DNA of 64,000 nucleotides from the NCBI GenBank assembly GCA_963667845.2, contig CAXXVL010000002.1, forward strand, positions 3,008,001 through 3,072,000, in the 5' to 3' direction. This document shows, piece after piece, positions 31,763-41,678 of this stretch (its first letter is position 1; each line of letters starts with the position of its first letter). Under the pieces are notes generated by a model. It worked only from the letters and a program-made list of their open reading frames with translations, did not search any database and had not been told where the DNA came from. This stretch comes from Smithellaceae bacterium. GTDB lineage: Bacteria; Desulfobacterota; Syntrophia; Syntrophales; Smithellaceae. The position numbers and the translations under genes are program-made.

Positions 31763-32338
31763 ATGGAGAGTATTGCTGATTTCTTGTTTGAGGTGGGAAT
31801 GCTTTGCAAGACCCCCCGCAGCGGTTACCAGTTTCTCGGAAGCGGGCGGGAGTCGGTGGCGGAGCATGTCTTGAGAACAGTATTTATCGGTTATGCCCTG
31901 TGTAAACTCAATCCTGCTCTGGATGAACTGCGCGTTTTGAAGATGTGCGTTTTGCATGATCTTCCCGAGGCGCGAACGGGCGACATGAATTATGTCAATA
32001 AGAAATATGTAAAGGTCGATGAAGAGAAGGCGGTCAGAGAATTAACGGAAAGCCTTTTTTTCGGCGACGATATCCGTCAGGCGATCGCCGAGTTTAACGC
32101 GAAAGAAACAACGGAAGCACAGATTGCCCGTGATGCCGATCAAATTGCGCTCATCCTGCAGTTAAAGGAGTACGGCGATTTGGGCAATAAATATTCCGAT
32201 GAATGGATCGAATATGCTCTGCAGAGGCTTTCCACCGAAGAAGGCAAGACGCTTGCGGCCCGCATTATTCAGACGGATTCCTCTCATTGGTGGTTCAAAG
32301 ACAAAAGTGATTGGTGGATTAACGGAACCAGCCGTTGA
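31763..32338 (+). CDS. HD-domain phosphohydrolase (YfbR/HDDC2-like)
   Basis: RSGY, ESVAEH, LHDLPEARTGD, DADQI. Confidence 0.88.
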   Translation: MESIADFLFEVGMLCKTPRSGYQFLGSGRESVAEHVLRTVFIGYALCKLNPALDELRVLKMCVLHDLPEARTGDMNYVNKKYVKVDEEKAVRELTESLFFGDDIRQAIAEFNAKETTEAQIARDADQIALILQLKEYGDLGNKYSDEWIEYALQRLSTEEGKTLAARIIQTDSSHWWFKDKSDWWINGTSR

Positions 32339-32365
32339 CACATCATAGCGTTCGGAAAGGAATGT

Positions 32366-32815
32366 ATGATTAAAAAATGGATTCGTTTGCTCTGTGCGGC
32401 GACACTGATGCTGTCTCTTACGGCATGTGCCCATGAACTTGGATCGGGGTTGGGATCGGATGTCATATCCAAACCGGAAGAATACCGGCATATCTATGAG
32501 GCGAAAGAGAGAATCATACTGAGGTCGATTGTCGGTGTGCTAAAAGAGAAGAAAATCGGCGAGAATATTTCCGTCGATTATCGCCTTAACACAATCGATT
32601 CGGATTATGTGATTTCGGATGAATGGCGAATAAAGACCAATGCCCGCGTCCGGAGGCTTAATTGGAAGGAATGCGAAGTGAGCCTGATCGTGACGACGGA
32701 GAAGAAAACGAAAACGGGCTGGGAATTACGGCGCCTGCTGGGCAAAGAGCAATATGACAATTTTTTCAGCGTGATTGATTTGAAGATCTATGAAGAAATG
32801 GCCAAGGTCGAATAA
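32366..32815 (+). CDS. Hypothetical lipoprotein
   Basis: Lipobox LTAC after hydrophobic signal; RBS AAGGA. Confidence 0.7.
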   Translation: MIKKWIRLLCAATLMLSLTACAHELGSGLGSDVISKPEEYRHIYEAKERIILRSIVGVLKEKKIGENISVDYRLNTIDSDYVISDEWRIKTNARVRRLNWKECEVSLIVTTEKKTKTGWELRRLLGKEQYDNFFSVIDLKIYEEMAKVE

Positions 32816-32850
32816 AGAGGCAGAAATATTCTCTCGGAGGGAGGAGCGAT

Positions 32851-33255
32851 ATGGATGCAAAGAAGAAAATGTCGTCAGTGCTGGACGAATTTAAGAATTT
32901 TGCACTAAAGGGCAATGTCGTCGATCTGGCGATCGGTGTGATCATCGGGGCGGCATTCGGCAAAATTGTCGACTCACTGGTGAAGCATATTCTCATGCCG
33001 GTGATCAGTGTTATTATCCCGGGTGAACAGGGGTATCTGGCCTGGAAATGGGTGGTCAACGGCAAAGAAATCCCCTATGGATTGTTTATCGGAGAAATCG
33101 TCAACTTTCTGATTGTCGCAGTGGCCTTATATATCTTTATTGTAAAGTTTTTGGGCATGATTATGAAAAGCAAACAGGCGGACAAGGCGGCACCGCCTCC
33201 GCCGACAAAAGACCAGGAACTGCTTATGGAAATCCGTGATTTGCTGAAGAAATAA
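32851..33255 (+). CDS. mscL: Large-conductance mechanosensitive channel
   Basis: EFKNFALKGNVVDLAIGVIIGAAF; LLMEIRDLL. Confidence 0.95.
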   Translation: MDAKKKMSSVLDEFKNFALKGNVVDLAIGVIIGAAFGKIVDSLVKHILMPVISVIIPGEQGYLAWKWVVNGKEIPYGLFIGEIVNFLIVAVALYIFIVKFLGMIMKSKQADKAAPPPPTKDQELLMEIRDLLKK

Positions 33256-33269
33256 GAATGCGCTGATAT

Positions 33270-33307
33270 TCATGATCTCCCGCGTCCGTTGAGGCGGGAG
33301 ATCATGA
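33270..33307. terminator. Stem-loop between convergent genes
   Basis: TCATGATCTCCCGC ... GCGGGAGATCATGA 14-bp perfect inverted repeat. Confidence 0.65.
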
Positions 33308-33312
33308 TACGT

Positions 33313-33747
33313 TTACTCCACCTTGAACTGAATGTCTTTGACGACTTTGCCGGCCGCGTCGCGGATTTCGATTTTCCAGTCGCCTTTTTGACCATTTATT
33401 TTTTTATCAGCCCGGGTTCTCCATTGCGGACCCTTCTTCAACGGCAAATCTGTTTTTAAAATTTCTTTTCCGCTAAACATCCAGACAAATGTAACGGTAG
33501 TATCTTCGGCAATGTCTTTAGCGTCGAGGAAACAAATGATTTTTTCAGTTGAAGCGGGAAAGGTTTCGGCCACACCCTGAGGCTCGCGGTTATCGACGCC
33601 GGTCCCAACCACCAGGCGGGCAACGGTCCACCCCACGTTTTCCTTGACTGGCGATGTCTGCTGACTTTCTTTCTGGCCATATGCCATAAATAATACGCTC
33701 CCCGCAAAAAGCGCGACCACCACGAAAGCTGTCATTAGTTTCTTCAT
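33313..33747 (-). CDS. DUF2914-like secreted protein
   Basis: Signal peptide; VDNREP, WRT..K, GDWKIEI; RBS AAGGAGG. Confidence 0.7.
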   Translation of the reverse strand: MKKLMTAFVVVALFAGSVLFMAYGQKESQQTSPVKENVGWTVARLVVGTGVDNREPQGVAETFPASTEKIICFLDAKDIAEDTTVTFVWMFSGKEILKTDLPLKKGPQWRTRADKKINGQKGDWKIEIRDAAGKVVKDIQFKVE

Positions 33748-33870
33748 CAGGTCCTCCTTCACTCAATGTTGTTGAACGTTTGCAGTTTTAGAGAAGTGCT
33801 TGAAATTGGAAAAATTATATAATAACAGCGCCAGAGGAAGCAAATCTTTTTTGCAAAAAAGATTACTAGG

Positions 33871-34175
33871 ATGGAAATGATGGCAGGAACGCAACATGTC
33901 CTATCACGAAAATCACCCTCCGGACTGTCCATTGTTTTGAATCGCCCTGAAGTGATCAACAGCTTGAACAAATCCTTGATCGACATGATTGATCATCTGC
34001 TGGATAAAGCGGCAGCGGATCCCGAATGAATGTCTATTTGTTCTTTCTTACGACATGACACGGCATCCGGACTATTTAGAAGATATCCGGGCAAGGCTCA
34101 TCAGACCGGGACGACAGACCAAAATGGAATCCTGACAGGATCGAGAGCGTCGATTTATCAGGATTCCAGTCCTGA
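33871..34175 (+). pseudogene. Internally deleted enoyl-CoA hydratase / 3-hydroxyisobutyryl-CoA hydrolase
   Basis: N-terminus ...LNRPEVINSLN..LIDMI...ADPE* joined to C-terminus HPDYLEDIRARLI, frameshift, DRDDRPKWNPDRIESV (family pattern DFxEGVRAxLIDKDxxPxWxP). Confidence 0.75.
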
Positions 34176-34243
34176 ATTCAATAGTAGATCTTTACCGGGA
34201 TGTCGTCGTGAGGTGCCTGATGCATTCCGGTGAAGTGCGGATG

Positions 34244-34426
34244 CTATTTCTTATGATTGCGGAAGAATCCCATCAGGAATTCGGTATCCTTTGGGGATAA
34301 ATCAAACTTAAATACGGCCTTCTCAATCAGCATGTGCAGTGGCTGGCCGGCGCTGTCTTCCAGGCTCGCGGAAATCCACTTAATCGCTTTCTGAATATTT
34401 TCACCTTCCGGCATTACTGTTGCCAT
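34244..34426 (-). CDS. Small hypothetical protein (60 aa)
   Basis: RBS GAGGAGG; MATVMPEGENIQKAIKWIS...KFDLSPKDTEFL. Confidence 0.7.
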   Translation of the reverse strand: MATVMPEGENIQKAIKWISASLEDSAGQPLHMLIEKAVFKFDLSPKDTEFLMGFFRNHKK

Positions 34427-35072
34427 AATCTGGTTCCTCCTCGTCAATGAATATAATTGCTCCCCGTCAGGATGAAAGAAATACACTGCAAAGAACGTTG
34501 CTATCCCATACTACACTATGACTCAAAAATTAACTAAATTTTGTATAAATTGTTGCCGGAACGTGGAATTATTAAATACAGCGGGTTGGATACAGTCAAT
34601 GTTAACACAATATTTACAAACGAAGGAAAGAGTGGAAAAAATCTTCTATTGTTTTAACACGGATTTAGCGGACGCCTGTGCCGAGTGATCGGGGCTTCTT
34701 GAGAGGATGTCAGCTCAGCGTCGAAGCATAATCGGGCCGGCGTTTGCGGTTCCCATGCTCCACGCTGTTGCCTGTTTCAACCGAGATTGCCATGTTAGGA
34801 CTAACATAACGCCCGGAATGCCGGGCATTTAACCGATAGCGTTACAGGATGCACCGTGTTTGCAACTACTGTGGCAACGTAGCGACAAGAAAAAGTCGAT
34901 GCTTTTTCGTGATACTTCCCTATGGACCGGAAATGGCAAAGACCGCTGACGAGGCAGCTACCCTGTAGCGGATTTTTTTGCCGCCGGTACGGATCAGAAA
35001 TATCGATTGATAAGATGACGGGAAGCATATAAAACAACACATGGAATCGATCACGAATGAAAGGAGATGAAT

Positions 35073-35651
35073 ATGGCCAAGTCACTGAAAGGAACAAAAA
35101 CGGAAAAGAATTTACTGGCGGCCTTTGCCGGTGAAGCACAAGCGAGAAATCGTTATACCTACTTTGCCAGTGCTGCAAAGAAAGAAGGTTTTGAACAGAT
35201 TTCACGTTTTTTCCTGGAGACGGCGGAAAACGAAAAAGAACACGCCAAGATCTTTTTTAAATATCTCGAAGGCGGCGAGGTTGAAGTCGTCGCGGCATAT
35301 CCCGCGGGTGTTATCGGAGATACCATGAGCAATCTGGAGGCCGCGGCCGCCGGCGAAAATATGGAATGGACGACCCTGTATGCGAATTTTGCCAATGTGG
35401 CAAAAGAGGAAGGATTTGCCGAAGTGGCCCGGTCTTTTGAGCAGATCGCCAAAGTCGAAATGTTTCATGAAAAAAGGTATCGCCGACTCGCCGCGAATAT
35501 TGCCGCCGGCGAAACGTTTAAGAAGAAAGCAACAACAAAGTGGCACTGCATTAATTGCGGATATGTGCATGAGGGAAATGAAGCGCCCCAGGAATGTCCG
35601 GCCTGCAGGCACCCGCAATCCTATTACGAGGTTTTGGCGGAAAACTATTAG
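35073..35651 (+). CDS. rbr: Rubrerythrin
   Basis: AFAGEAQA, ENEKEH, GENME, VEMFHE diiron ligands plus CxxC...CxxC rubredoxin domain. Confidence 0.95.
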   Translation: MAKSLKGTKTEKNLLAAFAGEAQARNRYTYFASAAKKEGFEQISRFFLETAENEKEHAKIFFKYLEGGEVEVVAAYPAGVIGDTMSNLEAAAAGENMEWTTLYANFANVAKEEGFAEVARSFEQIAKVEMFHEKRYRRLAANIAAGETFKKKATTKWHCINCGYVHEGNEAPQECPACRHPQSYYEVLAENY

Positions 35652-35679
35652 GACCCTATTGCCGGTCATTTGATTCCGG

Positions 35680-35719
35680 AAAAAAACAGCCTGCGCGATA
35701 ATACGCGGGCTGTTTTTTT
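35680..35719 (+). terminator. Intrinsic terminator after rbr
   Basis: AAAAAAACAGCCTGCG-loop-CGCGGGCTGTTTTTTT. Confidence 0.8.
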
Positions 35720-35789
35720 ATCTCGGACAGAAGATTCTTCTTCTTTGATGGCAAAAGTAATGTTCTTGAACTGATGACGCTCGTTGTGC

Positions 35790-35818
35790 TTGACAGTGAA
35801 AGGAAAATGCCCTAGATT
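35790..35818 (+). promoter_or_regulatory. Sigma70 promoter of the GerMN-EF-G unit
   Basis: TTGACA-N17-TAGATT. Confidence 0.55.
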
Positions 35819-35847
35819 GGCGCAGTTTTTCCAAGAGGAGTCACGGT

Positions 35848-36471
35848 ATGTCCACAAAAAAGCAACGCCGGTCAGATAATTTCAAGGACCGGAAAAAGAA
35901 AAAATCCACCCGGATTGCCTATCTGGTCGCCATCATCGGTGGTGTCGTTATATTGCTGGTGCTTTTCTTCGTGATTTTGTTTGATGCAATATTCCCGCCC
36001 GTTGATATGGAAGCGATAAAGAAGAAGGAAAAGAGAATTGCGGAAATTTATTTTTCCGATAGTCAGGAACGTTTCCTAGTTGGCGAGAAACGTCATATCT
36101 ATAAGGAAGAAGATGCAGCGGCGCAAGCCAGGGAAGTCGTCAAAGCACTCCTCGAGGGTTCCAAGACGGGAAACGTCAACACCTTTCCCGCTCATGTTAA
36201 TCTGAAAGATGTGAAGCTTGATAAAGATGGTACGGCCGAAGTCAATTTCAGCTCCGATTTGACGAAATTACACCCGGGCGGTTCTGCTGCGGAAATGGCC
36301 ACTATCTACTCATTGACCAATTCGTTGACAACGAATGTTCCGGACATTAAGGCCGTGAAGATCCTTGTGGAAGGCAAAGCGCTTTCTTCTATAAAGGGTC
36401 ACATTTCCGCGGTAAATTCTTTCAAACCGGATTCCGATCTCTATGCGCCGGTAAAAGGCGAGAACAACTGA
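35848..36471 (+). CDS. GerMN domain membrane-anchored protein
   Basis: Basic N-terminus plus [32 protein letters not shown]. Confidence 0.85.
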   Translation: MSTKKQRRSDNFKDRKKKKSTRIAYLVAIIGGVVILLVLFFVILFDAIFPPVDMEAIKKKEKRIAEIYFSDSQERFLVGEKRHIYKEEDAAAQAREVVKALLEGSKTGNVNTFPAHVNLKDVKLDKDGTAEVNFSSDLTKLHPGGSAAEMATIYSLTNSLTTNVPDIKAVKILVEGKALSSIKGHISAVNSFKPDSDLYAPVKGENN

Positions 36472-36478
36472 TAGGCAT

Positions 36479-38512
36479 ATGGCGCCAAAAAGCAAAATAT
36501 CCAAAATACGCAATATTGGTATCGTTGCGCACATCGATGCAGGCAAGACCACGGTCAGCGAACGGATCCTCTTCTATACCGGCAAATCGTATAAGATGGG
36601 CGAAGTTCATGATGGTGAAGCGGTCATGGACTGGATGCCTCAGGAACAGGAAAGAGGGATCACGATCACATCGGCGGTGACCACCTGTACCTGGAAGAAT
36701 TCCGAAATACACATTATCGACACGCCCGGGCACGTCGATTTCACGATCGAAGTTGAACGGTCCCTGCGTGTTCTTGACGGTGCAGTGGTTGTCTTTTGTG
36801 CGGTTGCGGGCGTCGAGCCGCAGTCGGAAACCGTCTGGCATCAGGCGGATAAATACGGTGTTCCGAAGATCGCTTTTGTAAATAAGATGGACCGCATCGG
36901 TGCGGATTATTTTCATGTGATCCGGATGATGCGTGAACGTTTCACTTCCGTACCCGTGCCCGTTCAAATCCCGGTGGGCAGTGAAGATACGTTCCGCGGT
37001 GCTATTGATCTGATATCGCGGAAAATGCTGATCTGGGATGACAGCACGCAGGGTATAGACTATAAAGCGGAAGACATTCCTGCAGAATATTCCGAACAGG
37101 CGGCGCACGAACGTGAGAGATTGATCGAGACCCTGGCTGATTACGATGACGATCTGGCGGAAAAGTATCTGACCGGTGAGGAACTGTCGGTATCGCAAAT
37201 CAATGCCGCTCTGCGCAGGGCGACCATTGCCTTAAAAATTGTACCGGTCTTGTGCGGCGCAGCGCTGCGTAACAAGGGGATTCAACCCGTGCTCGATGCG
37301 GTTGTCAGCTATCTGCCTTCTCCGGAGGATATTCCGCCGGTCAAAGGCATTAATCCGAAAACAAAGCTAGAAGAAATCCGTCCGAGTTCAGATAAAGAAC
37401 CATTGGCTGCACTGGCCTTCAAGATTATGCTGGATGACGGACGAAAACTGACCTATCTGCGTATCTATTCCGGGCAGATTTCCGCGAATGATGAAGTTTA
37501 CAACGTTATCAAAAAGAAGCGCGAAAAGATCGCCCGACTTTTGCGCATGCACGCCAACAAGCGGGAAAGGATCGATAAGGCTTACGCGGGAGAACTGGTT
37601 GCTGTCCTGGGATTAAAGGAAACGACCACCGGCGATACGCTTTGCGATGAAGAACATCCGATTATACTGGAGCAAATGGAGTTTTACGAACCGGTGATCA
37701 GTCAGGCGATTGAGGCCAAAACACCCGCTGATCAGGAAAAGCTCTCCCAGGCGCTGATCAAATTGACGGAGGAAGATCCCACGCTCCGCGTCAAGTATGA
37801 AGACGAGACCGCGCAGACGGTGATATCCGGCATGGGCGAGTTGCATCTGGAGATCATTGTCGACCGGCTGAGTCGTGAATTCAATGCTCATGTGAACGTC
37901 GGGAGACCGCGCGTGGTTTATCGGGAAACCATTCAGAAAGTTGTTGAAACGGACGGCGTATTCGATAAAGAATTGGGCGATAAGAAGCATTATGGCCGAG
38001 TCCGCATCGAGCTTTCACCGCGCAAGCGGGGATCAGGTAACGAAATCATCAATCAATTGACCGAGGATATCATTCCGGCAGAATATTACGAGGCTATAGA
38101 GGAAGGTCTCCGGGAAGCCCTGTCGAGTGGAGTGCTGAGCGGATATCCGGTCATCGACGTAAGCATAAAGATTGCCGGCGGATCCTATCGTGAAGGGGAG
38201 TCTTCCGCGCAGGCCTTCAAAATTGCCGCAGCGACGGCCTTCCGTGACGGATGCCAGGCTGCCGATCCCATCATGCTTGAGCCGATCATGATGGTCGACA
38301 TTATTACGCCCAGTGAGTTTATGGGCGATGTGATCGGCGATATCAATGCCCGTCGCGGCGAAATTCAAACGGTCAATCCGAAAGGGCCGATTTCCGAAAT
38401 CAAAGCCAAAGTGCCGCTTAAGGCCATGTTCGGCTATTCCACCGATCTCCGGTCTGCGACGCAGGGTCGCGCCATATTTACAATGATTTTTGAAGAATTC
38501 AATAAGGCATGA
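36479..38512 (+). CDS. fusA: Elongation factor G paralog (outside the str operon)
   Basis: [47 protein letters not shown]; no rpsL, rpsG or tuf adjacent. Confidence 0.9.
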   Translation: MAPKSKISKIRNIGIVAHIDAGKTTVSERILFYTGKSYKMGEVHDGEAVMDWMPQEQERGITITSAVTTCTWKNSEIHIIDTPGHVDFTIEVERSLRVLDGAVVVFCAVAGVEPQSETVWHQADKYGVPKIAFVNKMDRIGADYFHVIRMMRERFTSVPVPVQIPVGSEDTFRGAIDLISRKMLIWDDSTQGIDYKAEDIPAEYSEQAAHERERLIETLADYDDDLAEKYLTGEELSVSQINAALRRATIALKIVPVLCGAALRNKGIQPVLDAVVSYLPSPEDIPPVKGINPKTKLEEIRPSSDKEPLAALAFKIMLDDGRKLTYLRIYSGQISANDEVYNVIKKKREKIARLLRMHANKRERIDKAYAGELVAVLGLKETTTGDTLCDEEHPIILEQMEFYEPVISQAIEAKTPADQEKLSQALIKLTEEDPTLRVKYEDETAQTVISGMGELHLEIIVDRLSREFNAHVNVGRPRVVYRETIQKVVETDGVFDKELGDKKHYGRVRIELSPRKRGSGNEIINQLTEDIIPAEYYEAIEEGLREALSSGVLSGYPVIDVSIKIAGGSYREGESSAQAFKIAAATAFRDGCQAADPIMLEPIMMVDIITPSEFMGDVIGDINARRGEIQTVNPKGPISEIKAKVPLKAMFGYSTDLRSATQGRAIFTMIFEEFNKA

Positions 38513-38576
38513 AACGCGAACGCTTAACAGCGCGACAAGCCTGACGCAACACAAATCCTAGGGACGGGAGGAGCGA

Positions 38577-39209
38577 TTGAACGGAAGCAAAAAAAATATC
38601 ATCATCGATCTGACCAAACCACTGGACCCCTCATTTATTCCCTATTCGCACGGGAGCTATTCCGATCCGCCATTTGAAATATCGGAATGGAGTACTGTTC
38701 GAAACGATGGATTTCGCGTATCCCGGATATCTCTGGGTTCGCAGAGCGGGACGCACATCGACGCGCCGGCGCATTTTATGGAGGATGGCATCGCTCTGGA
38801 TGCCCTGCCGCCGGAGCGATTTATGGGTCGCTTCTTCCTGGTGAATTTGACGCGTGCACCTTCTTTATCCGAAGTGTTGATATCCCTTACGGCATACCGC
38901 GAAGAAGATATTCTCTTTTTAAGTACCCCGGAAAATCAATCGGCAATACTTACGCGTGAGGCGGTGCGGCGAATACTCTCGCTGCCTCCGTTCCTCCTGG
39001 CTCTGTCCGGCGATATCCTCATCGAGTCTTCTGATCCGTTGGAATTCCACCGGATGGTCGCGCGGTCGGCCAAATTTCTTGTGGAAGGGCTGGATGAAAA
39101 GGCCGCTCACAGGATAGCCGGTCATGGCGAGATGTTCATCTTTCCGCTGAGGCTACTTGGCGTCAGCGGTTCTCCTTGCCGTGTTCTTGTCCGGATGCCA
39201 AGCGGTTGA
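38577..39209 (+). CDS. Cyclase family metal hydrolase (kynurenine formamidase-like)
   Basis: IDLT, QSGTHIDAPAHF, VEGL, PLRL..SGSPCR. Confidence 0.8.
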   Translation: MNGSKKNIIIDLTKPLDPSFIPYSHGSYSDPPFEISEWSTVRNDGFRVSRISLGSQSGTHIDAPAHFMEDGIALDALPPERFMGRFFLVNLTRAPSLSEVLISLTAYREEDILFLSTPENQSAILTREAVRRILSLPPFLLALSGDILIESSDPLEFHRMVARSAKFLVEGLDEKAAHRIAGHGEMFIFPLRLLGVSGSPCRVLVRMPSG

Positions 39210-39268
39210 TCGGCAAAGTCGACCGGTGAAGATGTTTGATCCTGTTGTTCAATACGAGGAGGCATAAG

Positions 39269-40093
39269 ATGGAAGTGAACGTTCAAGAAGTCCGCCTGAC
39301 GGCGGGAGATGATGTCGATCTATTCGTTTCGGAACATGTCCCGGCGCATGCCCGGGCCGTCCTCGTCATTGTTCATGGGCTCTGCGAGCACTCGGGACGC
39401 TATCAGTACGTAACAGCCAAATTCAATGATTTCGGATATTCGGTCTATCGATTCGATAACCGGGGACACGGACGTTCCGGCGGCGACCGGGGGTATATCA
39501 ACGATTTCAATGAGCTGATCGATGATGCCCAGAAAGTCGTGGACAAGGTGAGGCTGGACAATCCCGGTCTTCCCGTCTTCATGCTGGGGCATAGCCTCGG
39601 CGGCTTTATCGCAGCCGCTTGCGCGGTGAAATATCCGGGGCGTTTATCCGGTCAGGTGCTTTCCGGCGGAGCGTTGATGATTCAACCTGCGCTTGCTGCT
39701 CTCGAAGGAGTTGACTTCAGCGAAACGCCCCGAGCCGCGATCGTCAACACACTTGCGGATTTGATATGCCGCGATCCTGAAGTGGTGCAGACTTACAGGG
39801 AAGATCCGTTGAACCTTAAAGAATTCACCACAAGATTGATGAGCGAATCATTACTTCGCGGTGCACGCTGGCTGATGAATCGCCAGGTCGACTACACTTG
39901 TCCCTGTCTAATTCTGCATGGTGGTGCGGATCAGATCGTCACCCCGGATGCATCTCTTTATTTCCACGAGCACATCGCGTCAAAGGATAAGGGACTTAAG
40001 ATTTATGACGGCCTCTATCATGAAATCCTGAACGAACCTGAAAAGGACGCAGTGATTGAAGACATACACGTATGGCTTGAGGAACGGATCTGA
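39269..40093 (+). CDS. Alpha/beta hydrolase (lysophospholipase/monoglyceride lipase family)
   Basis: HGLCEH, DNRGHGRS, GHSLGG, HGGAD, YHEILNE; RBS AGGAGG. Confidence 0.9.
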   Translation: MEVNVQEVRLTAGDDVDLFVSEHVPAHARAVLVIVHGLCEHSGRYQYVTAKFNDFGYSVYRFDNRGHGRSGGDRGYINDFNELIDDAQKVVDKVRLDNPGLPVFMLGHSLGGFIAAACAVKYPGRLSGQVLSGGALMIQPALAALEGVDFSETPRAAIVNTLADLICRDPEVVQTYREDPLNLKEFTTRLMSESLLRGARWLMNRQVDYTCPCLILHGGADQIVTPDASLYFHEHIASKDKGLKIYDGLYHEILNEPEKDAVIEDIHVWLEERI

Positions 40094-40166
40094 TGCGCTG
40101 AGTCGATAGACGGGACTGGTGGAGATTGGCCATTGCATCCGGCACCCATAAAGTTTCGATGGGCAG

Positions 40167-41573
40167 GTGATGGGGAAGAAGCAGGAGGATGATGTGACAA
40201 GCATGCGAAATCTGCTTGAACGATTACGAGCCTCTGTCATTCTTGAAAGCGCGCGCGCGGAGTATCCGCCGACATTTGAGCAGGAATTGAATTATCAATG
40301 CGGCCGGATTCTCTTTTTCGCCTCGCTGATCACAATGGTGGCCTGGCTGCCTTATATCCCTCTTGACCGTCAACTTCATCCCGAAGAACCGCTTCTTCCC
40401 ATAATACGCGCAGGCATGTCTGCTGTCAGCCTGGTCATTTTCATTCTTTACATCTCCAGACGGTTTCCCGAACGCAATCTGTTATTTTTGAATATTCTCG
40501 GCGCTTATCTCGCAATTTCCTGCGGATTGATCACCGCTCTGGCAAAAGCCGACCCCGTGTATCTGGGAGGTAACCTCTTCATCCTGACCATGCTGGCCGT
40601 CGTCCCTGTGAAGAGGCAGTCCGTACTGATCGTTCTTGGAGCCTCACTGGCTACATTCTTTATTGTCGGGTATTTCGAGGGCATGTCTTTTCAAACGGTC
40701 AGAGCCCGTTACAGTCTGCATGATCTGTTGAGCGTGGCTGTCGTTGCTGTAATCTTCACATATCTGATGAATAAAAAACGTTACGAAAGCTGGCTGAAGT
40801 CGAAAAAAATTGAAGAACAGCGCGCAGAGTTAAAATTGGACAAGGAAAAGATTGACAAGCTTCTTTTGAATATATTGCCAGCAGCCGTCGCCCGGGAGCT
40901 TAAGGATCAGGGTCGGGTCAGGCCGATATTCTTTCCATCGGCCACGATTGCTTTTACGGATTTTGTCGGCTTTACGGAAATTGCGGAAAGACTCACACCG
41001 GATCAGCTTGTTTGGGAGCTTCATGAACTATTTTCCAGGTTTGATCGGATTATGGACAAGTATGGTCTCGAAAAGCTGAAGACCATTGGCGATGCGTATA
41101 TGTATGCCGGCGGCGTGCCGGCGATCAACGAGACGCATGCCATAGACGCCGTGCTCGGCGCTCTGGAAATTCAGTCGGTGGTTGATAAGATCAATCGGGA
41201 GAAGGCGTCCTCGGGACGTCCCGTTTTTGAGATTCGCATCGGTATGAATTCGGGGCCTCTGATGGCGGGCGTCGTGGGTGAAAAAAAATTTGTTTATGAT
41301 GTCTGGGGGGATTCAGTAAACCTGGCCAGCCGGATGGAATCGTCCGGTTGCAAAGGAAGGATCAATATTTCCGAATCGACGTATCTCCTGGTTAAAGATT
41401 ATTTTGAAACGGAAGCCCGTGGCCAGATTATGGCAAAAAATAAAGGAACCGTGGAAATGTACTTCGTCAACAGGATCAAACCGGAATTTTCGTCTGACCA
41501 AGCAGGTTTAACGATTAACGAACGTTTCCGGAAATTTTACGAAACCGTTAAGAGTAAACCGGAAGAGACTTGA
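40167..41573 (+). CDS. Membrane class III adenylate/guanylate cyclase
   Basis: About six TM helices; LLNILP, FTDFVGFT, KTIGDAYM, YDVWGDSVNLASRME. Confidence 0.9.
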   Translation: MMGKKQEDDVTSMRNLLERLRASVILESARAEYPPTFEQELNYQCGRILFFASLITMVAWLPYIPLDRQLHPEEPLLPIIRAGMSAVSLVIFILYISRRFPERNLLFLNILGAYLAISCGLITALAKADPVYLGGNLFILTMLAVVPVKRQSVLIVLGASLATFFIVGYFEGMSFQTVRARYSLHDLLSVAVVAVIFTYLMNKKRYESWLKSKKIEEQRAELKLDKEKIDKLLLNILPAAVARELKDQGRVRPIFFPSATIAFTDFVGFTEIAERLTPDQLVWELHELFSRFDRIMDKYGLEKLKTIGDAYMYAGGVPAINETHAIDAVLGALEIQSVVDKINREKASSGRPVFEIRIGMNSGPLMAGVVGEKKFVYDVWGDSVNLASRMESSGCKGRINISESTYLLVKDYFETEARGQIMAKNKGTVEMYFVNRIKPEFSSDQAGLTINERFRKFYETVKSKPEET

Positions 41574-41678
41574 ACGCGCATTCATGGAATAAGTGATCAA
41601 CCCATCTGGAAAGACGGTAAGGGGCAGATAGAAAGATTGATGACCGAAGGGCGCACGAGCCATCATAGTCGCTTATGG

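Noticed and set aside
34027..34029. TGA in the hydrolase fragment as selenocysteine or readthrough
   Set aside because: Followed by a large deletion and a frameshift, so pseudogenisation is the simpler explanation
34650..34830. Possible riboswitch or 6S RNA in the GC-rich intergenic stretch
   Set aside because: No cobalamin, SAM, TPP or c-di-GMP consensus recognised on either strand; cannot be supported without Infernal
36422..37198. 258-aa minus-strand ORF
   Set aside because: Antisense shadow of the EF-G gene
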